A stretch of 64,000 nucleotides of DNA from positions 1 through 64,000 of the forward strand of contig NIVC01003994.1 in the NCBI GenBank assembly GCA_002269645.1, in the 5' to 3' direction. The position numbers and the translations under genes were made by a program. The notes under the pieces were generated by a model. It saw nothing but the letters and a program-made list of their open reading frames with translations. It was not told the DNA's origin and did not search any database. The stretch comes from Macrostomum lignano (taxonomy: Eukaryota). Positions within the stretch are counted from its first letter, which is position 1; each line of letters starts with the position of its first letter. Below are positions 24,838-38,700 of the stretch, piece after piece.

Positions 24838-25578
24838 ATTTGTGTCTTTCGTAGACAGTCTGTCTTTGGTAGACACATTTGTGTCTCAGGTAGAGACTTT
24901 GTGTCACCGGTAGACACTTTGTCTCTGATAGACACTTTGTGTCTATGGTAGACACTGTGTGTCTCTGGCAGACACTTTTGTGTCTCTGGTGTCTCTGTGT
25001 CTCTAGTAGAGGCTTTTGTGTCTCTGGAAGAGGCTTTGTGTCTCAGGTAGAGACTTTGTGTCTCTGGTAGAGACTTTGTGTCTCTCGTAGACAGTCTGTC
25101 TTTGGTAGACACATTTGTGTCTTTGGTAGACACATTTTTGTCTCTGGTAGAGACTTTGTGTCTTTTGTAGAGACTTTTTGTATCTGGTAGAGACTTTGTG
25201 TCTTTGATAGAGACTTTGTGTCTCTGGTAGATACTTTGTATCTCTGGTAGAGACTTTGTGTCTCTGGTAGATACTTTGTATCTCTGGTAGAGACTTTGTG
25301 TCTCTGGTAGACACTTTGAGTCTCTGGTAGACACTTTGTGTCTCTGGTAGACACTTTGTGTCTCTGGTAGACAATTGTGTCTCTGGTAGAGACTTTGCGT
25401 CTTTGGTAGAGATTTTGTGTCACCGGTAGACATTTTGTCTCTGATAGACACTTTGTGTCTATGGTAGACACTGTGTGTCTCTGGCAGACACTTTTGTGTC
25501 TCTGGTGTCTCTGTGTCTCTGGAAGAGACTTTGTGTCTCTGGTAGAGACTTTGTTTCTCTGGTAGAGACTTTGTGTCC
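24838..25578 (+). repeat. ~20-bp minisatellite TCTCTGGTAGAGACTTTGTG with a duplicated higher-order block
   Basis: Direct inspection; ~24870-25010 recurs at ~25400-25520. Confidence 0.9.
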
Positions 25579-25944
25579 ATGGTTTGAAAATGGTGTCCAT
25601 TGTGTCTATAGTGGAAATGAATCTCGAAGAAGCCGCACATCTGAACCTCCAGGGAAATTCAAACGATTCGGCGGTATAGTGTTCTCCTACATGTACTTTA
25701 GTTGTCCATCCTGTCACTCACCGTTTGGTTAATCTGGTTTAGTAAAGTTGGCTGGCTCTTGCAGCGCCTTTCAAATACAATCGAATCACTATTTTTCAAT
25801 TAAATTTTTTAAGACCATGATGAATTTGATATGTGTGCTTGCGTTCAACAAAACACCCCCCTTCCCTTTGCAATTTAGTATGCAAATTTGTTTAACAATT
25901 ATAAGATAAGTTGTGACAGATTTCTGTTGGTACTACCTGATTAA

Positions 25945-26520
25945 CCCGCACCCCATTCTGCTCAGTTATCGATTTTCTACTCGTACCCAACCTCCATTAA
26001 CATCCACCCCACTCCGCTCAGTTATCGATTTTCTACTCGTACCCAACCTCCATTAACACCCACCCCATTCCACTCAGTTATCGATTTTCTACTCGTGCCC
26101 AACCTCCATTAACACCTACCCCATTCCGCTCAGTTATCGATTTTCTACTCGTACCCAACCTCCATTAACACCCACCCCATTCCACTCAGTTATCGATTTT
26201 CTACTCGTGCCCAACCTCCATTAACACCTACCCCATTCCGCTCAGTTATCGATTTTCTACTCGTTCCCAACCTCCATTAACACCCACCCCACTCCGCTCA
26301 GTTATCGATTTTCTACTCCTACCCAACCTCTATTAACATCCACCCCACTCCGCTCAGTTATCGATTTTCTACTCGTACCCAACCTCCATTAACACCCACC
26401 CCACTCCGCTCAGTTATCGATTTTCTACTTGTACCCAACCTCTATTAACATCCACCCCACTCCGCTCAGTTATCGATTTTCTACTCGTACCCAACTTTCA
26501 TTAATACCCACCCCACTCCG
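25945..26520 (+). repeat. 56-bp tandem repeat, ~10 copies
   Basis: ctcagttatcgattttctactcgtacccaacctccattaac.. at 25961, 26017, etc. Confidence 0.93.
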
Positions 26521-26634
26521 TGAAGTTATTGATTCAATATTTGTACTCGTAAGCACTCTTCATTTGCATATATCTTTTTTATTATTAATTAATAATATTA
26601 TAAATTTACAATTGATTGAATCATTTATTAGGCG

Positions 26635-29600
26635 TTATGGATTTCGGTTTCGCTGGTCTCTGGGCTGCTTCTGATCAGCAAAGCGAACCCGACGCTGCTG
26701 GGCATCGCTGTCTGCCTTCTGCGATGCCGTGGAGGAGTCTGGTGACGCTGTGGGAGACGACGGAGCGACAAAATACTCGATCACCATGGGAACAGTCATG
26801 ATGATGCACAGCACCTGCGGATGGGGTATCGGCTTTTGTAGATTTTAATAATCCAACCAGTGTCTTTTCATCACTTTCATGGCCTACCTGTAAGACGATA
26901 AGCACTATGTACTGAACTACCATCAGGGGTTTGAGTATTTGTGGCAGCTGCAGAATGTCCATACAGTTCTGGAATAAAATAGCAATATTGGATAGCGAAA
27001 CTGATGACGAGCCTGAAGAGCATTGCTGGGGGAATCTGGAGAATCTTTCTGGGGGAATCAGGAAAATCTTGCTGGGGAATCTGGAGAATCATGCTGGGAA
27101 ATCTGGAGAATCATGCTGGGAAATCTGGAGAATCATGCTGGGGAATCTGGAGAATCTTTCTGGGGGAATCTGGAGAATCTTGCTGGGGAATCTGGAGAAT
27201 CATGCTGGGGAATCTGGAGAATCATGTTGGGGAATTCGGAGAATCATGCTGGGGATCTGGAGAATCATGCTGAGGGAATCTGGAGAATCATGCTGGGGGA
27301 ATCTGGAGAATCATGCTGGGGAATCTAGAGAATCATGCTGTGGAATCTGGAGAATCATGCTGTGGAATCTGGAGAATCATGCTGTGGAATCTGGAGAATC
27401 TTGCTGTGGAATCTGGAGAATCATGCTGGGGAATCTGGAGAATCATTCTGGGGAATCTGGAGAATCATGCTGGGAAATCTGGAGAATCATGCTGGGGAAT
27501 CTGGAGAATCATGCTGGGGAATCTGGAGAATCATGCTGGGGAATCTGGAGAATCATGCTGGGGAATCTGGAGAATCATGTTGGAAATCTAAAGAATCATG
27601 CTGGGGAATCTGGAGAATCAGGCTGGGGAATCTGGAGAATCATGCTGGGGAATCTGGAGAATCATGCTGGGGAATCTGGAGAATCATGGTGGGGAATCTG
27701 GAGAATCATGCTGGGGAATCTGGAGAATCATTCTGGGGAATCTGGAGAATCATGCTGGGGGAATCTGGAGAATTATGCTGGGGGAATCTGGAGAATTATG
27801 CTGAGGAATCTGGAGAATCATGCTGGGGAATCTGGAGAATCATGTTGGGGAATCTGGAGAATCATTCTGGGGAATCTGGAGAATCATGCTGGGGGAATCT
27901 GGAGAATCATGCTGGTGGAATCTGGAGAATTATGCTGAGGAATCTGGAGAATCATGCTGGGGGAATCTGGAGAATCATGTTGGGGAATCTGGAGAATCAT
28001 GTTGGAAATCTAAAGAATCATGCTGGGGAATCTGGAGAATCAGGCTGGGGAATCTGGAGAATCATGCTGGGGAATCTGGAGAATCATGCTGGGGAATCTG
28101 GAGAATCATGGTGGGGAATCTGGAGAATCATGCTGGGGAATCTGGAGAATCATACTGGGGAGTCTGGAGAATCATGCTGGGGGAATCTGGAGAATTATGC
28201 TGAGGAATCTGGAGAATCATGCTGGGGAATCTGGAGAATCATGTTGGGGAATCTGGAGAATCATTCTGGGGAATCTGGAGAATCATGCTGGGGGAATCTG
28301 GAGAATCATGCTGGGGGAATCTGGAGAATTATGCTGAGGAATCTGGAGAATCATGCTGGGGGAATCTGGAGAATTATGCTGAGGAATCTGAAGAATCATG
28401 CTGGGGAATCTGGAGATTCATGTTGGGGAGTCTGGAGAATCATGTTGGGGAATCTGGAGAATCATTCTGGGGAATCTGGAGAATCATGCAAGGGGAATCT
28501 GGAGAATCATGCTGGGGAATCTGGAGAGAGCTGGGAAATATTTTTCTAAAAAAGCCGATAAGGTTTTTGTCACCTTTGCAAAGATGTATCCCCGTTTTCG
28601 AGCTAACCTGCCGTCCTTGGCTCTGACGCACAAGTTGCGGTCAGACTTCTCAGCCAGTTGAGTACAGCAGGACAAGGGGTAAACAATTTTACTCATCAGA
28701 TTTGTTGCTGAGGTGTTTAATTGAGCAGAGTTCGCCTCTCGCGTCCACGGAGTGTTGAAGAACACATTTTGGTCCGGGTCATCGCTCCAGCCGCAGCAGG
28801 AATGCTGCAATAAGAAATGCTTGCTTGCGGGTGAATTGGACAGGAATGTCTGTAGTTAAAGGACAGGAATGTCTGTAGTTAAAGGATAGGAATGTCTGTA
28901 GTTAAAGGACAGGAATGTCTGTAGTTAAAGGATAGGAATGTCTGTAGTTAAAGGACAGGAATGTCTGTAGTTAAAGGACAGGAATGTCTGTAGTTAAAGG
29001 ACAGGAATGTCTGTAGTTAAAGGGCAGGAATGTCTGTAGTTAAAGGATAGGGAATGTCTGTAGTTAAAGGACAGGAATGTCTGTAGTTAAAGGATAGGAA
29101 TGTCTGTAGTTAAAGGACAGGAATGTCTGTAGTTAAAGGATAGGAATGTCTGTAGTTAAAGGACAGGAATGTCTGTAGTTAAAGGACAGGAATGTCTGTA
29201 GTTAAAGGACAGGAATGTCTGTAGTTAAAGGGCAGGAATGTCTGTAGTTAAAGGGCAGGAATGTCTGTAGTTAAAGGATAGGAATGTCTATAGTTAAAGG
29301 ATAGGAATGTCTGTATTTAAAGGATAGGAATGTCTGTAGTTAAAGGATAGGAATGTCTGTAGTTAAAGGGCAGGAATGTCTGTAGTCAAAAGACAGGGAA
29401 TGTCTATAGTTAAAGGATAGGAATGTCTGTAGTTAAAGGATAGGAATGTCTGTAGTTAAAGGATAGGAATGTCTATAGTTAAAGGATAGGAATGTCTGTA
29501 GTTAAAGGATAGGAATGTCTGTAGTTAAAGGATAGGAATGTCTGTAGTTAAAGGATAGGAATGTCTGTAGTTAAAGGATAGGAATGTCTGTAGTTAAAGG

Positions 29601-32600
29601 ATAGGAATGTCTATAGTTAAAGGATAGGAATGTCTGTAGTTAAAGGATAGGAATGTCTGTAGTTAAAGGATAGGGAATGTCTGTAGTTAAAGGATAGGGA
29701 ATGTCTGTAGTTAAAGAACAGGGAATGTCTGTAGTTAAAGGACAGGAATGTCTGTAGTTAAAAGACAGGAATGTCTGTAGTTAAAGGGCAGGAATGTCTG
29801 TAGTTAAAGAACAGGGAATGTCTGTAGTTAAAGGATAGGAATGTCTGTAGTTAAAGGGCAGGAATGTCTGTAGTTAAAGAGCAGGAATGTCTGTAGTTAA
29901 AGGGCAGGAATGTCTGTAGTTAAAGGGCAGGAATATCTATAGTTAAAGGATAGGAATGTCTGTAGTTAAAGGATAGGAATGTCTATAGTTAAAGGGCAGG
30001 AATATCTATAGTTAAAGGATAGGAATGTCTATAGTTAAAGGATAGGAATGTCTATAGTTAAAGGATAGGAATGTCTGTAGTTAAAGGGCAGGAATGTCTG
30101 TAGTTAAAGGGCAGGAATATCTATAGTTAAAGGATAGGAATGTCTGTAGTTAAAGGATAGGAATGTCTATAGTTAAAGGGCAGGAATATCTATAGTTAAA
30201 GGATAGGAATGTCTATAGTTAAAGGATAGGAATGTCTATAGTTAAAGGATAGGAATGTCTGTAGTTAAAGGATAGGAATGTCTGTAGTTAAAGGATAGGA
30301 ATGTCTATAGTTAAAGGATAGGAATGTCTGTAGTTAAAGGATAGGAATGTCTGTAGTTAAAGGATAGGGAAATGTCTGTAGTTAAAGGATAGGGAATGTC
30401 TGTAGTTAAAGAACAGGGAATGTCTGTAGTTAAAGGACAGGAATGTCTGTAGTTAAAGGACAGGGAATGTCTGTAGGCAATACGGTAATATCTGTACAGA
30501 ATATTCACAAAATGTCATCCCAAGCAAGCTATTTACAGTAGGCATATTGGAGCGTTAAACTGTGCATCGAACTAAGCTTACATCCACTTGAAATGCATTT
30601 ATTGATTGAGTAATGGAAATGCTTTCGTTGCTGCTTGAGTTGCCGTAGTGACTCTCGATTGTTTTCTTGATTTGCGCCGCCGAAATCAGATGGTTGCCGG
30701 CCGGTACGCTGTTGACAAATAATAGAATCACCGACACCAGGCAGAGAGTGAGGGAGCCAACCAAGGACACTGCGTACTGATCTCACGATGGGTGCGGTGT
30801 AGGGGGTGAGGTCAGGGTTAGGTTGTATCGCTTATCTCACTCAGAATTGACTCTAATCTCACCATAGACAGACTCTAATCTAAAACCCTAGAGTGACTCT
30901 AATCTTTTTTCCTCCTAGTATATTTTTTTCAAATTTGATTTCTGAATTAACTCTAATATTCAACCACACTGACTCTAATCCTCACCCTAGAATGACTACA
31001 ATCTCTCCCTAGACTGACAATAAATCTCACCCTTAGACCTAAAATGATTCTAATCTCAACTTAGATCTAGAATAACTTAAATCTCATCCTAGACTGACGC
31101 TAATCTCACCTTAGACCTAGAATTATTCTAATCTCATCTTAAATCTAGAATGATTCTAATCTTACCTTAGCTCTAGAATGACTCTAATCTCACCATAGAT
31201 CTAGCTAGAATGACTCTAATCTCACCCTAGACCTAGCTAGAATGACTCTAATCTCACCCTAGACCTAGCTAGAATGACGCCAATCTCACCCTAGACCTAG
31301 CTAGAATGACTCTAATTTCACCCTAGACCTAGCTAGAATGACTCTAATCTCACCCTAGACCTAGCTAGAATGACGCCAATCTCACCCTAGACCTAGCTAG
31401 AATGACTCTAATCTCACCCTAGACCTAGCTAGAATGACTCTAATCTCACCCTAGACCTAGCTAGAATGACGCCAATCTCACCCTAGACCTAGCTAGAATG
31501 ACGCCAATCTCACCCTAGACCTAGCTAGAATGACTCTAATCTCACCCTAGACCTAGTTAGAATGACTCTAATCTAGACTGATTGCATTTTCACTGCACTG
31601 TGAAGTCTCACCGCCAGTGTCACGAACCGCAGCTTCAGTGCGGTGGTGATGAAGCCAAACAGCCCGACCAGAACGCTGCAGGCCCCCGACACAGCAAAAT
31701 GGATACTGCTTGCGCTGCTGCTGGCGACACTGGACTTGCCGTCGCTGTGGGTTTGAGAAGTCTGAAGGTAACTGTTGCTTGTTTGCTGCTGAGTTGTTTA
31801 TGATTGGCTCTAATCTCACCCTAGATTAACTTCAATGTCACCCTGGATTTACTTACATATCAATCTAAGATAGCTCTAATCCCACCCTTGACTAACTCCA
31901 ATCTCATTCTATATATAGTAGCTTTAATCTCACTCACTCACATTTTCAGACACAAGCGAGACAATTTACTTACACATGGGAGACAATTTACAGACACAAG
32001 GGAGACAACTTACAGACACAAGGGAGACAATTTACAGACACAAGCGAGACAATTTACAGACACATGGGAGACAATTTACAGACACAAGGGAGACAATTTA
32101 CAGACACAAGGGAGACAATTTACAGACACATGGGAGACAATTTACAGACACATGGGAGACAATTTACAGACACAAGGGAGAGACAATTTACAGACACAAG
32201 GGAGACAATTTACAGACACATGGGAGACAATTTACAGACACAAGGGAGACAATTTACAGACACAAGCGAGACAATTTACAGACACATGGGAGACAATTTA
32301 CAGACACATGGGAGACAATTTACAGACACAAGGGAGAGACAATTTACAGACACAAGGGAGACAATTTACAGACACATGGGAGACAATTTACAGACACATG
32401 GGAGACAATTTACAGACACAAGCGAGACAATTTACAGACACATGGGAGACAATTTACAGACACATGGGAGACAATTTACAGACACAAGGGAGAGACAATT
32501 TACAGACACAAGGGAGACAATTTACAGACACAAGGGAGACAATTTACAGACACATGGGAGACAATTTACAGACACAAGGGAGAGACAATTTACAGACACA

Positions 32601-33531
32601 AGGGAGACAATTTACAGACACATGGGAGACAATTTACAGACACAAGGGAGACAATTTACAGACACAAGCGAGACAATTTACAGACACAAGGGAGACAATT
32701 TACAGACACAAGCGAGACAATTTACAGACACAAGGGAGAGACAATTTACAGACACAAGGGAGACAATTTACAGACACAAGGGAGACAATTTACAGACACA
32801 TGGGAGACAATTTACAGACACAAGGGAGACAATTTACAGACACATGGGAGACAATTTACAGACACATGGGAGACAATTTACAGACACAAGCGAGACAATT
32901 TACAGACACATGGGAGACAATTTACAGACACATGGGAGACAATTTACAGACACAAGGGAGAGACAATTTACAGACACAAGGGAGACAATTTACAGACACA
33001 AGGGAGACAATTTACAGACACATGGGAGACAATTTACAGACACAAGGGAGAGACAATTTACAGACACAAGGGAGACAATTTACAGACACAAGGGAGACAA
33101 TTTACAGACACATGGGAGACAATTTACAGACACATGGGAGACAATTTACAGACACAAGGGAGACAATTTACAGACACAAGCGAGACAATTTACAGACACA
33201 AGGGAGACAATTTACAGACACAAGCGAGACAATTTACAGACACATGGGAGACAATTTACAGACACAAGCGAGACAATTTACAGACACATGGGAGACGATT
33301 TACAGACACATGGGAGACAATTTACAGACACAAGCGAGACAATCTAATTATCATATTTAAAAAAGTTCCTCACCTAATTTTACTGACAATCCAATTAGGC
33401 GCATTTTCGCCGTTGTGACTGTGAGAGAAGAGGTCGATCGCATACATGCCGTAGCCGAACATCCCCACGCCGAGGAGAATGAAAGTGAAGTTAACACAAA
33501 AATTGCCTCCATTGTACATCGAGAATGACAT
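26635..33531 (-). CDS. Tetraspanin D, ~326 aa; exons 33531-33388, 31761-31612, 30776-30582, 28804-28574, 26968-26888, 26814-26635
   Basis: Four hydrophobic segments; large loop with YGN, SCCGW, TPW, PLSCC and 6 Cys; all junctions phase 0 GT-AG. The first junction has an alternative in-frame solution (AG|GTGAGG donor with caacAG acceptor). Confidence 0.85.
27027..28525 (+). repeat. 22-bp minisatellite GGGGAATCTGGAGAATCATGCT (tetraspanin D intron)
   Basis: Direct inspection. Confidence 0.95.
28839..30476 (+). repeat. 23-bp minisatellite AGGAATGTCTGTAGTTAAAGGAY (tetraspanin D intron)
   Basis: Direct inspection. Confidence 0.95.
30845..31576 (+). repeat. 32-bp minisatellite CTAGAATGACTCTAATCTCACCCTAGACCTAG (core 31200-31576, degenerate to the left; tetraspanin D intron)
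   Basis: Direct inspection. Confidence 0.92.
31945..33343 (+). repeat. 21-bp minisatellite GGGAGACAATTTACAGACACA(A/T) family in the extra first intron of tetraspanin D
   Basis: Direct inspection; explains ORFs 31888, 31976, 32064. Confidence 0.95.
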
Positions 33532-33934
33532 ACTTTGCTATGACTAAATTTTACATGTAGTGTGTAGTGTTAGTCTTCCAAAAATTGTCACATAAGAGCT
33601 ATTGTTTAACCAAAATACCTCAATGGAGTGTTCAGCAGCCGCTCGAATGTCTATGGCTAAGAGTGCGCTCTGCATTTAATTTCTTATGATGATTTTGCAA
33701 AGCACTTCAGAATCCTAAGCACTTTAATGTATTATGATGTATGATGATTTCTGGCTAAATTATAGGGAGGTCTATGGGATTCATAGTTAAAGCAAAACAT
33801 TAGCTGAAGAGATATATATTAAAGTACAAAGTTAAATTTGTCATAAAATGTAAACAAGATGTGGCTGCTAAAAATATCGAGACATTAAATTTTAGTTACG
33901 GGCTGGGCGGCACTTCTCTGACTTCAACTGATTA

Positions 33935-34266
<332 letters not shown>

Positions 34267-34419
34267 TTAAAGCGGCACATGTCAATTCTTTCCAATGAAT
34301 TCAGTCACGTGTGTTTTGGTCTGATCATTCAAAAGTTATCTGTGAAAATCCATCGCAATCAGAACTTTTCCAGTGTCAGTTGTCAAATCAAAAAGGTAAA
34401 AAAAAGAAATCAGTATAGT

Positions 34420-34570
34420 CCATAATTTGGAAAAGCTTAATTGGTTTGCTGTCCCATGCAGCTTTTGCACTCCAGGTGGGTCCTGCTGAATAGCAGATTT
34501 CTTCAACCAATGCTCCCTAACTCTGGTGTGGAGGTGTCTTTTGGTTTTTCCCACGTATGAGACAAAAGGC
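34420..34570 (-). mobile_element. Degenerate Penelope-like element GIY-YIG endonuclease fragment
   Basis: SYVGKTKRHLHTRVREH...SAI, then after a frameshift LECKSC; matches the PLE endonuclease motif Y(I/V)G.T.R.L..R..EH...S.I..H...C. Confidence 0.7.
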
Positions 34571-35742
34571 TGTTGTCCTGCGATTCAAACCCATGAGGAC
34601 GAGTGTACATACCAGACGGTGTTAGCGATTGGCTGGGCCTGGTGGCGGTTTCGGTGCTGCCTTACCCCCCCCCGGGCGGGGTGGTTGGCTGGGGATTGGG
34701 TCGGTGGTGGGGGGTGGGTTGGAGAGCGTGTGGCCTCCCTCCCCGCGGGCGTTGACTCTTTTTTTAGCGGCGCTCGCTGGGCCCTTGGGTGGTGCTCTCA
34801 AATCAAGCCAAATAAATCAGCTTAAAAACGATCCACTTCACACCGGCCGGTCGGCAGTCTCTCTCGCGAACTCAGTAAGTGCGTTCCTCATTTCGGTTGC
34901 CAAGGCGGGGGGTGTAGAGTCCGTGTGTCCTGACTCCGACTCAGCTAGGTTGGAGGGGGACATCGGTACGGTACACACGTACATATTCTTTGACCGCCAG
35001 CCAGTGCGTCCTGACGCCTCGCTGAAGGCGGCCGGCATCACTGCGTCCCGACGCCCCAGACTTTTGCAAAGCTGCTCGGACTAGCGCCCGAACGCAGGCT
35101 AGCAAGTACCCGCACTATACAAAGTACTGTACTCTGTAGAACCCACCGTGCTGCTAAGGCCGCGCTTCACGGCTTTGCGAGGACTTCGATTTGGTACCTC
35201 TGATCTCTTTCAAAGAGTCCAGACTGCATATCGTCTACCACAGGAGGAATCACCGAATCAGGTCTGGCTTGCAACTCAGCTCATCTGCGCGGGACGCCCT
35301 AAAGGTGCTCCCAGACGGCAGCTGCCTGCCCCTCCCGCCTGTTTCGCAACCGAGTTTGTCTATGGCAGAACCCCCCCATTCAGCGCTAAACTATGAAATA
35401 AACCAAGGCAGGTTTCCGAATGTTCATTCAGTTGAGTGGCACCCTTTTTTACTGTTATTTGCAGTATTGAAAACTTTATTTCTGTTCCGAAAATAAAATT
35501 GAGTAAAGCATAATAACAATTCTAAGAAAGGTGCGTGAAAATAAGTTTTATCGCTCGTATGGTTAGACGAGATTGACAAAAATGACACTAATAATGCTTT
35601 CAGAGCAGCAAATGTTATTTATATAGTTGCAAACAAAAAATATTTACTGCGACCTTATACTTGTGTGTACTTTGTGCAGTCTCTTACAAACCTTAGTAGA
35701 CATATTATTTATGGATATACGTATTTATTGATCGGACGCTCG

Positions 35743-38700
35743 TCACTCGGACGCTGGTGAGCTGGGGTCCAGCAGCCACTTCACCATCAATGCGATGCAG
35801 AGCGACTGAAATTTATTTCGGTTGAAAATTTGCTAGCTAATGGTGTGAGTTATCAGCCATTGAAGTGAGGTGTAAGTCGCACTGACAGCAGTATACTTAA
35901 ACAATATTTTCCCCTTACCTGCATAATGGCAGCAAACAGCATCTGAAAGATGGTCAGCCACATGTTTAGACTGGCAGAGCTATTCAGCTTGCTGAGGCAG
36001 TCCTGTAAAAATTTTGACGATTAAAATTTAAATTAAATTTGATTGGCTGAGGCTGTGGGGTGGGTGTCTAGCATGAGCTGGCGAGCTTTGATTTGATTGG
36101 CTGAGGCTATCGGGGTAGGTCTAGCATAAACTGGTGTACTTTGATTTGATTGGCTTAGCCTGGGGGTGTGGGGTGGGTGTCTTGCATGATCTGGCGGGCT
36201 TTGAATTGATTGGCCGAGGCTGTGGGGAGGGTGTTTAGCTCTGGAACTATTCTAACTGAAATGCTTGTCTGACAGAGAACTGGTCACTGACATCTTCAAA
36301 CACGTATTTCTTCTCTCGAGCCTCTTTGAGCGACTCCGACTCGCGACACTTCGGCCCGGCTACCAGACAGCAGGAATCGGGGAGGCGACGCTCTTTAAGA
36401 GTTTTGTTGCTGGGGTTCGCGTTGACTTTCTTGAACCACGGCGTCTTCAAAAACAGGTTATCAGACGGATCTCCGCTGAAGCCGCAGCACTGGGCCTGAA
36501 AAGTTTAGATGGCTTACGCTTGTTTAGCTTGGCCAATGACCCACTTTAGAGTCTAAATGAGTGTGACCCAGTGACCTCACTTTGGAGTCTAAATGAGTGT
36601 CACCCAATGACCTCACTTTGGAGTCTAAATGAGTGTGACCCAGTGACCTCACTTTGGAGTCTAAATGAGTGTCACCCAATGACCTCACTTTGGAGTCTAA
36701 ATGAGTGTGACCCAGTGACCTCACTTTGGAGTCTAAATGAGTGTCACCCAATGACCTCACTTTGGAGTCTAAATGAGTGTGACCCAATGACCTCACTTTG
36801 GAGTCTAAATGAGTGTGTCCCAGTGACCTCACTTTGGAGTTTAAAGAGTGTCACCCAATGACCTCACTTTGGAGTCTAAATGAGTGTCACCCAATGACCT
36901 CACTTTGGAGTCTAAATGAGTGTGACCCAATGACCTCACTTTGGAGTCTAAATGAGTGTGACCCAATGACCTCACTTTGGAGTCTAAATGAGTGTGACCC
37001 AATGACCTCACTTTGGAGTCTAAATGAGTGTGACCCAATGACCTCACTTGAGAGTCTAGATGAGTGTGACCCAATGACCCACTTAGGATTCTAGATGAGT
37101 GTGACCCAATGACCCACTTAGGATTCTAGATGAGTGTGACCCAATGACCCACTTAGGATTCTAGATGAGTGTGACCCAATGACCCACTTAGGATTCTAGA
37201 TGAGTGTGACCCAATGACCCACTTAGGATTCTAGATGAGTGTGACCCAATGACCCACTTAGGATTCTAGATGAGTGTGACCCAATGACCTCACATTAGAG
37301 TCTAAATGAGTGTGACCCAATGACCTCACTTTGGAGTCTAAATGAGTGTGACCCAATGACCCACTTTAGAGTCTAAATGAGTGTGACCCAATGACCCACT
37401 TAGGATTCTAGATGAGTGTGACCCAATGACCCACTTTAGAGTCTAGATGGGTGTGACCCAATGACCCACTTTAGAGTCTAGATGGGTGTGACCCAATGAC
37501 CCACTTTAGAGTCTAAATGAGTGTGACCCAATGACCTCACTTTGGAGTCTAAATGAGTGTGACCCAATGACCTCACTTTGGAGTCTAAATGAGTGTCACC
37601 CAATGACCCACTTTAGAGTCTAAATGAGTGTGACCCAATGACCCACTTTAGAGTCTAGATGGGTGTGACCCAATGACCTCACTTTAGAGTCTAGATGGGT
37701 GTGACCCAATGACCCACTTTAGAGTCTAGATGAGTGTGACCCAATGACCCACTTTAGAGTCTAGATGAGTGTGACCCAATGACCCACTTTAGAGTCTAGA
37801 TGAGTGTGACCCAATGACCCACTTTAGAGTCTAGATGAGTGTGACCCAATGACCCACTTTAGAGTCTAGATGAGTGTGACCCAATGACCCACTTTAGAAT
37901 TAGAGTCTAGATGAGTGTGACCCAATGACCCCACTTTAGAGTCTACATGTAGATGAGTGTGACCCAATGACCCACTTTAGAGTCTAGATGAGTGTGACCC
38001 AATGACCCACTTAGGATTCTAAATGAGTGTGACCCAATGACCTCACTTTAGAGTCTGAATAATTGTGACCCAGCCCAGTGACCTACCTGAATACGGGTAG
38101 TTATGAAACAACGTTATTCTCAAACCTTTTTCTGATGATTGTCAATATCCAAAGAGAACTCTTTGGCTAATTCGTCAGCGTTGTTACCATAGCGTTCGAC
38201 AATCTGTCGTTTGATATTTTCCTTGGCGGTGACAGCGAATGACCTCGTGGAGGTGACGGTCACAACCAGGATTAGAAGGTCCATGACCACAGCTCCCGCC
38301 AGCATGATGATGATCTGCGGATGGCAAATGGGTGGATGTCTAAGGGGCAGATGTCTAAGAGGCGGATGTCCAAAGGGTGGATGTCTAAGGGGCGGATGTC
38401 TAAGGGGCGAATGTCCAAGGGGCGAATGTCCAAGGGGCGGATGTCCAAGGGGCGGATGTCCAAGGGGCGGATGTCCAAGGGGCGGATGTCCAAGGGGCGG
38501 GCGGATGTCCAAAGGGCAAATGTCCAAGAGGCAAATGTTTAAGGGGCGGATGTCTAAGGGGCGGATGTCCAAGGGGCGGATGTCCAAGGGGCGGACGTCC
38601 AAGGGGCGGATGTCTTAGAGGCGGATGTCCAAGAGGCGGATGTCTTAGAGGCGGATGTCCAAGGGGCGGATGTCCAAGGGGCGGATGTCCAAGGGGCGGA

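Noticed and set aside
25945-26520. Regularly spaced repeats (also the 48-bp, 39-bp and 36-bp arrays) as possible CRISPR arrays
   Set aside because: No unique spacers, no cas genes, eukaryotic context
26931-33418. 335-490-aa ORFs at 26931, 27335, 31888, 31976 and 32064
   Set aside because: Antisense translations of tetraspanin D intronic arrays
34620-35400. GC-rich segment with ORFs of 67-151 aa, possible LINE ORF1 remnant on the minus strand
   Set aside because: No motif I can identify with confidence; needs a homology search
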